Shown here: positions 48,805 to 57,968 of the stretch, one piece after another | Position numbering within the stretch: the stretch's first letter is position 1 | Layout: each line of letters opens with the position of its first letter | Origin: Eubacteriales bacterium | GTDB lineage: Bacteria; Bacillota; Clostridia; Oscillospirales; CAG-272 | Direction of reading: 5' to 3' | NCBI GenBank assembly: GCA_045632305.1 | Contig: JAZQWL010000010.1 | Span: 3,399-67,398, forward strand | DNA: 64,000 nt | Notes under the pieces: model-generated | Told to the model about the DNA's origin: nothing | Database searches by the model: none | Seen by the model: the letters and a program-made list of their open reading frames with translations, nothing else | Program-made: the position numbers and the translations under genes

Positions 48805-49953
48805 TTAAATAATTTCGTTGTACGCGCCAAGGAGCTTAAAGTCCTCGCCCCTCGCCTCAAGATCGCAGAGAAGGTCGCGCAATCTTTCGGAATAAACCGA
48901 AACCGTGAAGTCGAAGTAGAACATAAATTCAAAATCGCGGTCGGGGATGGGGGACGATTCCAGCTTTGTCATATCAATGCCGAGCGCGTTGAAGCAGGAA
49001 AGCGCGCGATAAAGCTCACCCGGACGGTTCTTGGTGACAAGCATAAGCGTCAGCTTGTCCGCTCCGGGATAGATTTCGGGCTTCTTTGAAATGCAGATAA
49101 ATCTTGTATGGTTGTTTCCGCTATCCTGAATGGACGGCGCGATATTTGTAAGGGAATAAAGCTCACCGCAAGCGCGCGAGGAGATTGCTGCAAGATCACG
49201 TCTGCCGCTCTCTTTGACGAGCTTTGCCGCCATAGCGGTATTTTGGCAAACAGTTACCTTTATGCTCGGGTGTTTTGATAAGAATCCCGCGCATTGGCTT
49301 ATCGCCTGCTCGTGGGAGATGATTTCCGTAATGTCATCGAGAGACACGCCTTGATTTACAAGGAGATTGTGGTCGATCTTAAGACGTACAGAGCGAACAA
49401 TGTTGAAGTTGTGAGAGAGCATAAGCTCGTAAACCTTCTTAACCGATCCCGCCGTGCTGTTTTCAATGGGAAGCACACCGTAGTCGCATTCACCATGCTC
49501 GATCGCCTCGAAAACGTTTTCAAACGTCTTGTAAAAGCTTATATCGGGCAGGGAAAAGAGCTTTGTCGCCGCAATCTGCGAGTATGCGCCCTCAACGCCC
49601 TGACACGCCACGTGAGCACGCGTGGGAAATTCCTTTTTGGTGGAATTAAGGGACGCCTTTATTTGTTTGTAGATTTGAGATTCCGAATTTAGTATCTTGT
49701 GTTGATACGCCTTCGATACGTCGAGCATCGTGTTGTAGAGCGTGAGCGCATAAGTGTCAAGCCCTTCGCCCGCCATATTGCAGATCTTTGTGAGAAGCGC
49801 GCGCTCGCGTTCGGGATCGAATACGGGGAGATCATGCTCCGCCTTGTACTGCGCAACCGATGAGGCGCAAGCCATTCTTCTTTTGAAAAGCTCGACGATC
49901 TCGCGGTCTATTTCGTTTATTTCTTCTCGGATTTCTGATAAGTTAAGTTCCAT
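48805..49953 (-). CDS. pheA: bifunctional chorismate mutase / prephenate dehydratase
   Basis: N-terminal CM_2 helix region (IREEINEIDREIVELFKRR), PDT domain and C-terminal ACT (TRFICIS, ESSPIP). Confidence 0.85.
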   Translation of the reverse strand: MELNLSEIREEINEIDREIVELFKRRMACASSVAQYKAEHDLPVFDPERERALLTKICNMAGEGLDTYALTLYNTMLDVSKAYQHKILNSESQIYKQIKASLNSTKKEFPTRAHVACQGVEGAYSQIAATKLFSLPDISFYKTFENVFEAIEHGECDYGVLPIENSTAGSVKKVYELMLSHNFNIVRSVRLKIDHNLLVNQGVSLDDITEIISHEQAISQCAGFLSKHPSIKVTVCQNTAMAAKLVKESGRRDLAAISSRACGELYSLTNIAPSIQDSGNNHTRFICISKKPEIYPGADKLTLMLVTKNRPGELYRALSCFNALGIDMTKLESSPIPDRDFEFMFYFDFTVSVYSERLRDLLCDLEARGEDFKLLGAYNEII

Positions 49954-49963
49954 TTTGTATCCT

Positions 49964-50812
49964 TTAAGAATCTATTTCTTCTTTTGCAATTCGTCCGTCG
50001 CGGAGGAGACGGAGCATTTTTTCCTTGTCGCCGTGCTCAAGCGCGTCCTTGTATTCTTCGAGTGAATTGATTATCGTGTCAAGCTCGTATATAAGCGGCT
50101 CGGCATTTTCAAAGAAAAGCTCCGTCCACATCTGTTCGTTGAGCCATGCAACGCGTGTCATGTCGCGATAGCTTCCCGCAGAAAATCCCTTGTGCTCGCG
50201 AGCCGTAGGGCTTTTTACGTACGCGTTGGAAACCACGTGCGCAAGCTGGGATGTAAAGGCGATGAGCTTGTCGTGTTTTTTTGCGTCAACGTAGGAGAAT
50301 CTTCCGAATCCCGCAGGGAGGAGAAGCTCCTTTACGCGGGAGATAAGCTCGATATCATTGAAATTCGGAGGCACGATAACCATGGGCGCACCTCGGAACA
50401 TGTCTGCTTTGGAGTTCTTGTAGCCCGAGAACTGCGTGCCCGCCATGGGGTGACCGCCAACGAACGTAAATCCGTGCTTTTTGGCAAGCGCAAAGCCGGC
50501 TTCGCAAACCTTTGCTTTTGTGCCGCAGAGGTCCATAATTATTGTGCTTTCGCTGAACAGATGGGCGTTCTTTTCCATATATTCGACCGTCGCTTCGGGA
50601 TAAAGACCGATAAAGATTATGTCGCATTCGGGAATCGTGCGCTCGTCAAGAGGCGCATCAACAACTCCTGACATGATTGAAAAGTCGAGAATGGAACGGC
50701 TTCTGTTCTGTGCAAATATTTGAATGTCCTGTGAGTTTTCTACGGCGTAGACTCTGTAAGCTCGCGCAAGTGAGCCGCCTATGAGTCCGAGGCCTACGAT
50801 ACCTATTTTCAT
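49964..50812 (-). CDS. tyrA: prephenate dehydrogenase
   Basis: MKIGIVGLGLIGGSLA Rossmann motif and GGHPMAG motif. Confidence 0.85.
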   Translation of the reverse strand: MKIGIVGLGLIGGSLARAYRVYAVENSQDIQIFAQNRSRSILDFSIMSGVVDAPLDERTIPECDIIFIGLYPEATVEYMEKNAHLFSESTIIMDLCGTKAKVCEAGFALAKKHGFTFVGGHPMAGTQFSGYKNSKADMFRGAPMVIVPPNFNDIELISRVKELLLPAGFGRFSYVDAKKHDKLIAFTSQLAHVVSNAYVKSPTAREHKGFSAGSYRDMTRVAWLNEQMWTELFFENAEPLIYELDTIINSLEEYKDALEHGDKEKMLRLLRDGRIAKEEIDS

Positions 50813-50824
50813 ATAAGTTACCTG

Positions 50825-51826
50825 TTACATGCAATTTTTGATTTTGTTTACGGATGTCATAACATCGCTAAACTGTTCGGGTGTGAGTGACTGCGCGCCG
50901 TCGCAGAGTGCCGCCTTGGGATTGTTGTGAACCTCGATCATAAGTCCGTGCGCTCCTGCTGCTACCGCCGCCTGAGCCATGGGCTTTACAAGTCGCTGTG
51001 AGCCCGTAGCGTGGCTGGGGTCGACGATTACGGGAAGATGTGTCAATTCCTTGAGCACGGGAACGCAAGCCAAGTCGAGAACGTTTCTTGTGTACTGTGA
51101 GTCGAAGGAACGAATACCGCGCTCGCAGAGAATGATATTTTCGTTACCGCCTGCCATAATATATTCCGCGGACATAAGCCATTCTTTAATAGTTGCAGAC
51201 AAGCCGCGCTTCAAGAGAATGGGCTTCTTTGTTTTGCCAAGCTCCTTTAAAAGCTCAAAGTTCTGCATGTTGCGGGCGCCAACCTGAATTACGTCAACGT
51301 CCTCGAAAAGAGGGAGGTGATGAGCGCTCATGATCTCGGTCACAATGGGAAGCCCCGTTTCCTTTTTTGCCGCAAGGAGATATTCAATACCAGTGTCCGC
51401 AAGACCCTGGAAATCGTACGGAGAGGTTCTCGGCTTGAATGCGCCGCCACGGAGCATTGTAGCGCCCGCTGCCTTAACTGCCTTTGCAATTTCAATTACC
51501 TGTTCTTCGGATTCAACCGAGCAGGGACCCGCCATAACCGCGAAAATGTCGCCGCCAACGCTTGTGTTACCGACGCTTACAATAGTGTCCTCGGGGTGGA
51601 ATTTTCTGTTTGCGCTCTTGAACGGCTCGGAAATTCTTCTTACCGCCTCAACAATATCGAGAGAGCGGAGAAGATCCTCGTCAATTTTCGACGTATCACC
51701 GACAAGTCCTACGATAGTTGTAAATTCACCCGCGGAGAGGTGAACGGAAAGTCCCTGGGATTCGATCCAGTGTGTGAGCTTTTCTATCTGTTCGCGGCTG
51801 GTACCCTGTCTTATAATAGCAATCAT
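50825..51826 (-). CDS. aroF: 3-deoxy-7-phosphoheptulonate (DAHP) synthase, type I-beta with N-terminal regulatory domain
   Basis: AGPCSVES, LRGGAFKPRTSPY and DPSH motifs. Has a ~70-aa N-terminal ACT/FL-like extension. Confidence 0.9.
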   Translation of the reverse strand: MIAIIRQGTSREQIEKLTHWIESQGLSVHLSAGEFTTIVGLVGDTSKIDEDLLRSLDIVEAVRRISEPFKSANRKFHPEDTIVSVGNTSVGGDIFAVMAGPCSVESEEQVIEIAKAVKAAGATMLRGGAFKPRTSPYDFQGLADTGIEYLLAAKKETGLPIVTEIMSAHHLPLFEDVDVIQVGARNMQNFELLKELGKTKKPILLKRGLSATIKEWLMSAEYIMAGGNENIILCERGIRSFDSQYTRNVLDLACVPVLKELTHLPVIVDPSHATGSQRLVKPMAQAAVAAGAHGLMIEVHNNPKAALCDGAQSLTPEQFSDVMTSVNKIKNCM

Positions 51827-51845
51827 TGTGTTATCCTCGCTTTTT

Positions 51846-51890
51846 TAAAAGTAAAACGGCACTCCACAGGGATTTTTTCTGTGGAGTGCC
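51846..51890 (-). terminator. leader terminator (attenuator) immediately upstream of aroF
   Basis: 12-bp stem GGCACTCCACAG/CTGTGGAGTGCC followed by GTTTTACTTTT. It ends about 20 nt before the aroF RBS. Confidence 0.7.
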
Positions 51891-51965
51891 TAATCTTGAG
51901 AATCTATGGCACAAAAGAATCTGAATTCTTTTTTCGCATCAAAAATCACCTTTACTTAATTGTTA

Positions 51966-52040
51966 TCAGCAATAAAAGTAAAAGTAATAATATACTGTTG
52001 CGAAAATAGTGGAAGCCATAACGTTTCTCGCTTTCTTCAT
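51966..52040 (-). CDS. candidate aromatic leader peptide MKKARNVMASTIFATVYYYFYFYC
   Basis: 24 codons plus tandem stops TGA TAA. Seven consecutive Tyr/Phe codons lie between the operon promoter and the leader terminator. The SD is weak, and ATG at codon 8 is an alternative start. Confidence 0.55.
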   Translation of the reverse strand: MKKARNVMASTIFATVYYYFYFYC

Positions 52041-52052
52041 TATATTACATAT

Positions 52053-52081
52053 AGTCTATCACTATTTTTTAGGTTTGTCAA
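52053..52081 (-). promoter_or_regulatory. sigma-A promoter of the aro operon leader
   Basis: Minus strand reads TTGACA-17 nt-TAGACT. Confidence 0.55.
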
Positions 52082-52109
52082 GTCCTTTTGATATTTTTCT
52101 GTCGATTTT

Positions 52110-52138
52110 TTAACGTTTTGTATTTAAATAAATATAAT
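52110..52138 (+). promoter_or_regulatory. candidate sigma-A promoter driving plus-sense transcription of repeat-element copy 2
   Basis: TTAACG-17 nt-TATAAT. The conserved block begins about 15 nt downstream of the -10. Confidence 0.45.
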
Positions 52139-52144
52139 GGCTGA

Positions 52145-52324
52145 AGGAATTTAGATGCAGAAGTCGTGATCGGGCAATCGTAGCCGTACTTGGTACGGCA
52201 GAGAGCCTGATCTCGGCTAATGTGCCACATAAAATGGAGAAACCCGACGGATGTCGGGTTTCAACAATAAATGTATTACCTTTGAATTTAACATTGACAT
52301 CGACTGCCTTTTTGAGTGGCACAT
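52145..52324 (+). ncRNA. unclassified structured intergenic element, copy 2 (homologous to 16482-16661)
   Basis: Same architecture as copy 1, with its own candidate promoter. A G-T wobble in helix P1 favours plus sense. The GC hairpin at 52241-52262 may act as a terminator shared with asnS. Confidence 0.5.
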
Positions 52325-52348
52325 GTTCTGCGCTAAATTCTTCTGCCA

Positions 52349-53743
<1,395 letters not shown>

Positions 53744-53856
53744 AATTTTTACCCTTTCTTAGATAAAAAAGTAAACTCTAACCTTTATTATATAACATTT
53801 TTTTGAAAAATTCAAGACATTTTATAAAATTCTTCCATTAAATGTCAAGTAAATTG

Positions 53857-53888
53857 CAAAAAATGCCCGATTGCTTACACAATCGGGC
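53857..53888 (-). terminator. intrinsic terminator after ktrA
   Basis: GCCCGATT.../...AATCGGGC stem followed (minus sense) by ATTTTTT. Confidence 0.65.
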
Positions 53889-53895
53889 GTATTGA

Positions 53896-54561
53896 TTATT
53901 TGTTGAGCTTTTGAATTGATTCTGCGGATGCGAGAATGATAAGCTCCATATCCGAATCAAGCGGCATCTGGGGATTAATGTTTATGCTCACCTCGTCACC
54001 CTTGCGGATCGCAACGATATTGATAGAATACTTTTTACGCAGATTCAACTCGATCAGGGATTTGCCCACCCATTCGTCGCGCACGTCGATCTGCACCATG
54101 GAAATATTGTCGGAGAGCACCATCATGTCGACAAAGCCCGAGCTTAACAGATTCTTCGCCATTCTTTTTCCCGAATCGTTCTCGGGGAATACAACTCTGT
54201 CCGCGCCGACCCTTTTGAGTATTTTTCTGTGCATCTCGTCCTTGCATTTTACGATGACGTTGGGAACTCCACGCTCCTTGCAGAGCATCGTAGCAAGCAC
54301 GCTTGCCTGAAAATTGTCCGCCATGGCGATAATGACGGTTTCAATACTGTGAATACCTATCTGCTCGAGCACGTCGGGATTTGTAACGTCGGCGCATTTG
54401 CAGATGGGAATATCCTTCATTGCCTCTTCGACCTTTTCGGGCTCGACGTCGATGGCGAGCACATCGGCTCCGTTTTTGTAGAGCGTTTCTGCGACCGCCT
54501 TGCCGTATCTGCCAAGACCGAATATCGCGTACGTTTTATTTGAAGTGTTTTTCTTTTTCAT
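53896..54561 (-). CDS. ktrA: potassium uptake protein, TrkA/KtrA-type NAD-binding peripheral subunit
   Basis: IFGLGRYGKAVA Rossmann (TrkA-N) plus TrkA-C. ATG 54561 lies after GGGGGT. Confidence 0.8.
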   Translation of the reverse strand: MKKKNTSNKTYAIFGLGRYGKAVAETLYKNGADVLAIDVEPEKVEEAMKDIPICKCADVTNPDVLEQIGIHSIETVIIAMADNFQASVLATMLCKERGVPNVIVKCKDEMHRKILKRVGADRVVFPENDSGKRMAKNLLSSGFVDMMVLSDNISMVQIDVRDEWVGKSLIELNLRKKYSINIVAIRKGDEVSININPQMPLDSDMELIILASAESIQKLNK

Positions 54562-54578
54562 GATGTTACCCCCAAGGA

Positions 54579-55934
54579 TCATCCTACGCTGATCTCTTCC
54601 GTAGGATGGGAAATAAGATTTTTACCCGTTTTTTTGATATTGAACGCTATAGCCAGGGAAATGGGCCCGATTCTGCCAAGATACATAGTCGCCGCGACTA
54701 TTAATTTTCCCGCGTTGTTGAGCATGGGAGTTACTCCGCGGGTAAGACCTACGGTCGAGGTCGCGCTGACCGCCTCGTATATTATATTTATCGCGTCCGC
54801 CTCGGGTGTCACGGCGGAGAGCAGAACTGATGACGTTATTATGATCGACATAGCCATAAAGATCACGCCGAGCGCCTTGCCAAGGGATTCCTTTGAAATT
54901 CCTCTGCCGAAAAGCACGGTCTGTTCCTTGCTTCTTATCGCCGCTATCGCGGAGGTCGCCACGATGATGACAGTCACGGTCTTGACACCGCCTGCAGTAC
55001 CTACGGGAGATCCGCCGATAAACATAAGGACTATAGAAACGATAGACGTGGATTCACGGAACAGCTCCTGAGGTACCGTAAAGAAGCCCGCGGTTCGCGT
55101 GGTGACGGATTGGAAGAAGGATACCTGGATTTTGTCGAACAGGTTCAATGCGCCAAGAGTTTCGGGATTGCTGTATTCTAAGAGGAATACGAGCAGAGCG
55201 CCGATGAAAGTAAGCAAAAGAGTTGAGACGATCACTATTTTTGAGTGAAGTGAGAGAGAGAGGAAGGGCTTTTTCGGCTTTTCCTTCATAATTCTCAAAA
55301 TATCCCACCATACGATATAGCCCACGCCGCCTATGATGATGAGCGCGCAGGTTACAAGGTTTACTATGGGGTTTGTTGCGAAGGAGACAAGACTGTCGGG
55401 GCCTAAAATATCGATTCCCGCGTTGCAGAATGCGGAAATTGAATTAAAGAGAGCGTACCAGATGCCCAAAGCTCCGTATTTCGGAATAAACACCGTCATG
55501 TACAGAAGAGCGCCCGCGCCCTCAACGATGAGAGTGCCGATTATGACCTTCTTGACGAACTTCACAATGCCCGACAGGGAATTGAGGTTGAAAGCGTCCT
55601 GGATGAGCAATCTGTTGCCAAGTCCTATTCTTTTTTGAAGCGCTATCATAACTCCCGACATTACGGTTATAACACCGAGACCTCCGACTTGAATGAGCAC
55701 AAGCAGAACTATCTGACCGAAAACACTCCAATGCGAAAACGTGGGAAGAGTTACAAGCCCCGTTACGCAGGTGGCTGTCGTCGAGGTAAAGAGAGCGTCG
55801 ATAAACGGCGTCGCCTCGCCCGATCTTGTGCTTATAGGAAGCATGAGCATAAGAGTGCCTACAAGTATTACCGACAAAAAGCTCAGCATTATGATATGAG
55901 AGGTTGATAGCTTTATTTTCTTTGATTTTTTCAT
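54579..55934 (-). CDS. ktrB: potassium transporter, TrkH/KtrB-type membrane subunit
   Basis: About 450 aa polytopic protein with repeated pore-loop segments (TTATCVTGL, FCNAGI, TRTAGF, STVGL). ATG 55934 preferred. Confidence 0.8.
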   Translation of the reverse strand: MKKSKKIKLSTSHIIMLSFLSVILVGTLMLMLPISTRSGEATPFIDALFTSTTATCVTGLVTLPTFSHWSVFGQIVLLVLIQVGGLGVITVMSGVMIALQKRIGLGNRLLIQDAFNLNSLSGIVKFVKKVIIGTLIVEGAGALLYMTVFIPKYGALGIWYALFNSISAFCNAGIDILGPDSLVSFATNPIVNLVTCALIIIGGVGYIVWWDILRIMKEKPKKPFLSLSLHSKIVIVSTLLLTFIGALLVFLLEYSNPETLGALNLFDKIQVSFFQSVTTRTAGFFTVPQELFRESTSIVSIVLMFIGGSPVGTAGGVKTVTVIIVATSAIAAIRSKEQTVLFGRGISKESLGKALGVIFMAMSIIITSSVLLSAVTPEADAINIIYEAVSATSTVGLTRGVTPMLNNAGKLIVAATMYLGRIGPISLAIAFNIKKTGKNLISHPTEEISVG

Positions 55935-55968
55935 AAAAACCTCATTGTATTTTAGCATATACAAAATA

Positions 55969-55997
55969 ATTATATCACGATGATAAGTATTTGTCAA
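55969..55997 (-). promoter_or_regulatory. sigma-A promoter of ktrB-ktrA
   Basis: Minus strand shows perfect TTGACA-17 nt-TATAAT. Leader is about 35 nt. Confidence 0.65.
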
Positions 55998-56112
55998 TCT
56001 TTTGAAAAGCACAGTCGGAAGATTTTGCTATTCAGTTTTTTGCAGGATTTTTTATCAGGCGTCAAAATATGGGTAATATAAGCATATATGAACATGTGAG
56101 GTGATGCTTGTC

Positions 56113-57822
56113 ATGAAAAAAATTTTTGTAATATTTCTTGTACTGATCTCGGTTTTTGCCTTTTCGGGATGCTCCGATCGGCACGACGCGGAGGATGGGG
56201 ACAAGGAGCAGAATATAAATTATAACTGCGAAATAGCGGTGAAGGGGAAGGAGCAGAAAATTGCGGTTTCCTGGAATAAGAATGCGGATATAAAACGGGT
56301 GGATATAAAGATAAGTCACGGAGACATGACCGTGTTGGATACAACTATAAGAGGCGAGACGCTTAGAAACGGGTATGCCGAGGCAGACGTGTTTTACGGC
56401 AGACACAACGTAAGCGTCACGGTTGTGGGTGAGGACGGAAAAATCGAGCAGGTAAATCAAGAGGTGTCTCTTTTTTGCGATGAATACGTTATAGCTCCGA
56501 TATCGGGATCCATGCCTCAGCTATATTTTACGCTTTATATGAATGAGATCACAAACGATTACAGGATACCTGCATTCGTGTGGCTTACCCGTCCCGACAG
56601 CTGGAATTGGGAAAAGCTGCCTGCAAACGTTTATCCTATGCCCACAGTTGAGCTCGATGAGGTTCTTATGCATAACAATTATGATAAAATGGTCGAGGTG
56701 ACGGACGCGTATATAGAGGAGCTTTATTCTGTAAATCCCGATTCGAAATTCAAGCTGTATATCAACGATTTCAATATGTATCTGTACCCCAAGCTGATGG
56801 CGGCGAACGGGATTCCCGAGGAGAATTACGAGGTGTTTTTACTGTCCGACGGCGGCTCGTCATACAGGGAATTCAACCGAGCGTTCAACAGTGACGATAA
56901 GAATTTTGACGCCGACGTTAAATACGCCGAAATGGCAGAGAAGCTTGATCTCTTACTTGATGAGGTAAGGGAGATCAAGGATTATAATTGGATATACGAT
57001 TTTACGGTGGATACGAACGAGATAAGGCAGTACGCTTACGTTGCGGCAAAGGAAAAGGATAACGTCGAATGGTGGGTGTTGCGCCCGAGAGCCAATCAAA
57101 CGTTTTTCTCTCCCGATGAGGAGTTTTTAAATAACGCGATGACCGCCGACGTCACAACAAGACCTGAGGAAAGTGAGAATCCCGTTATTGTAGAAAGAAA
57201 TTTCGCCACTCCCTTGAATTTAATGAACGATGAGCAGAGGGTGGCGCTCAAGGAGTTTTACAACTTTAAGGATGAAATGTTTTCCGAGGCGGTAGCGCAG
57301 GGGAAGAGGGTCATGATGTTTCTCGGCTCGTGGGCGGATGAGATAAACGAGCCGGATTTCCATGCCTACGTCAAATTTATGAAAAACTATTTCGGTGACG
57401 GCTTTGTGTATTATTATAAGGGGCATCCGTCGACGCCCACGTCAAATTATCCGACAAAGCAGGCAGAGCTGTCAGCGCTTGGGCTTGTAGACGTGGAATC
57501 ATCAATAAACGCGGAGCTGATTTTATTCTTTTACCCCAACGTCTATATGTGTGGATACAATTCCTCGACCTTTATGTCGGCACATAAGGATGAGATGGTG
57601 TGCGCTATCTTCGGTATGAGAGCGGAGGAATGCCGTGAGGATTATAAGAGCAGGGTAGGACTTTTTGTATCGAAAATAACCGATTTTACAGAGTTTCCCG
57701 AATGCGAGGGCAGCTCGCACGAGTATTTTCTCATTGAATACAACAGAATTCCGTCCGAGTATGAATACAGCATCTACGACGCGACGGCGGACGAGATTAT
57801 CGGAGGCCCTGTGAAAACTTAA
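56113..57822 (+). CDS. lipoprotein with GT80 (bacterial sialyltransferase)-like motifs and an N-terminal Ig-like segment
   Basis: Lipobox VFAFSG-C. Motifs LLSDGGSSY, YYYKGHPSTP and CGYNSSTFMS are collinear with the DDG, GHP and SS motifs of Pasteurella/Photobacterium GT80 enzymes, judged from memory. Confidence 0.5.
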   Translation: MKKIFVIFLVLISVFAFSGCSDRHDAEDGDKEQNINYNCEIAVKGKEQKIAVSWNKNADIKRVDIKISHGDMTVLDTTIRGETLRNGYAEADVFYGRHNVSVTVVGEDGKIEQVNQEVSLFCDEYVIAPISGSMPQLYFTLYMNEITNDYRIPAFVWLTRPDSWNWEKLPANVYPMPTVELDEVLMHNNYDKMVEVTDAYIEELYSVNPDSKFKLYINDFNMYLYPKLMAANGIPEENYEVFLLSDGGSSYREFNRAFNSDDKNFDADVKYAEMAEKLDLLLDEVREIKDYNWIYDFTVDTNEIRQYAYVAAKEKDNVEWWVLRPRANQTFFSPDEEFLNNAMTADVTTRPEESENPVIVERNFATPLNLMNDEQRVALKEFYNFKDEMFSEAVAQGKRVMMFLGSWADEINEPDFHAYVKFMKNYFGDGFVYYYKGHPSTPTSNYPTKQAELSALGLVDVESSINAELILFFYPNVYMCGYNSSTFMSAHKDEMVCAIFGMRAEECREDYKSRVGLFVSKITDFTEFPECEGSSHEYFLIEYNRIPSEYEYSIYDATADEIIGGPVKT

Positions 57823-57850
57823 TATTTGCTTAATAAAAAGCACTTAAAAC

Positions 57851-57883
57851 GAGAGAGACGCATGACGGTCTCTCTCATTTTTT
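57851..57883 (+). terminator. intrinsic terminator after the lipoprotein gene
   Basis: GAGAGAGAC/GTCTCTCTC stem followed by ATTTTTT. Confidence 0.7.
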
Positions 57884-57897
57884 GTAGAAATTTACTA

Positions 57898-57926
57898 TTG
57901 CAATTTTTAGTATTTAGGTATATAAT
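57898..57926 (+). promoter_or_regulatory. sigma-A promoter of the ABC exporter operon
   Basis: TTGCAA-17 nt-TATAAT. Confidence 0.6.
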
Positions 57927-57968
57927 ATTTAGGATGTGTATTTATACTTATTCAAGGAGATGGTACTT

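Noticed and set aside
51827-52052. T-box riboswitch or TRAP-binding (G/U)AG repeat leader upstream of aroF.
   Set aside because: The leader length (about 220 nt) fits a T-box. But I find no T-box sequence (AAnnnGGGTGGTACCGCG-like), no AGAGA/GA-motif Stem I and no array of about 9-11 spaced GAG/TAG triplets. The leader-peptide model fits better.
55935-55968. c-di-AMP (ydaO/kimA-type) riboswitch upstream of ktrB, given that cdaA is in the window.
   Set aside because: The predicted leader between the consensus promoter and the ktrB ATG is only about 35 nt, too short for that riboswitch.
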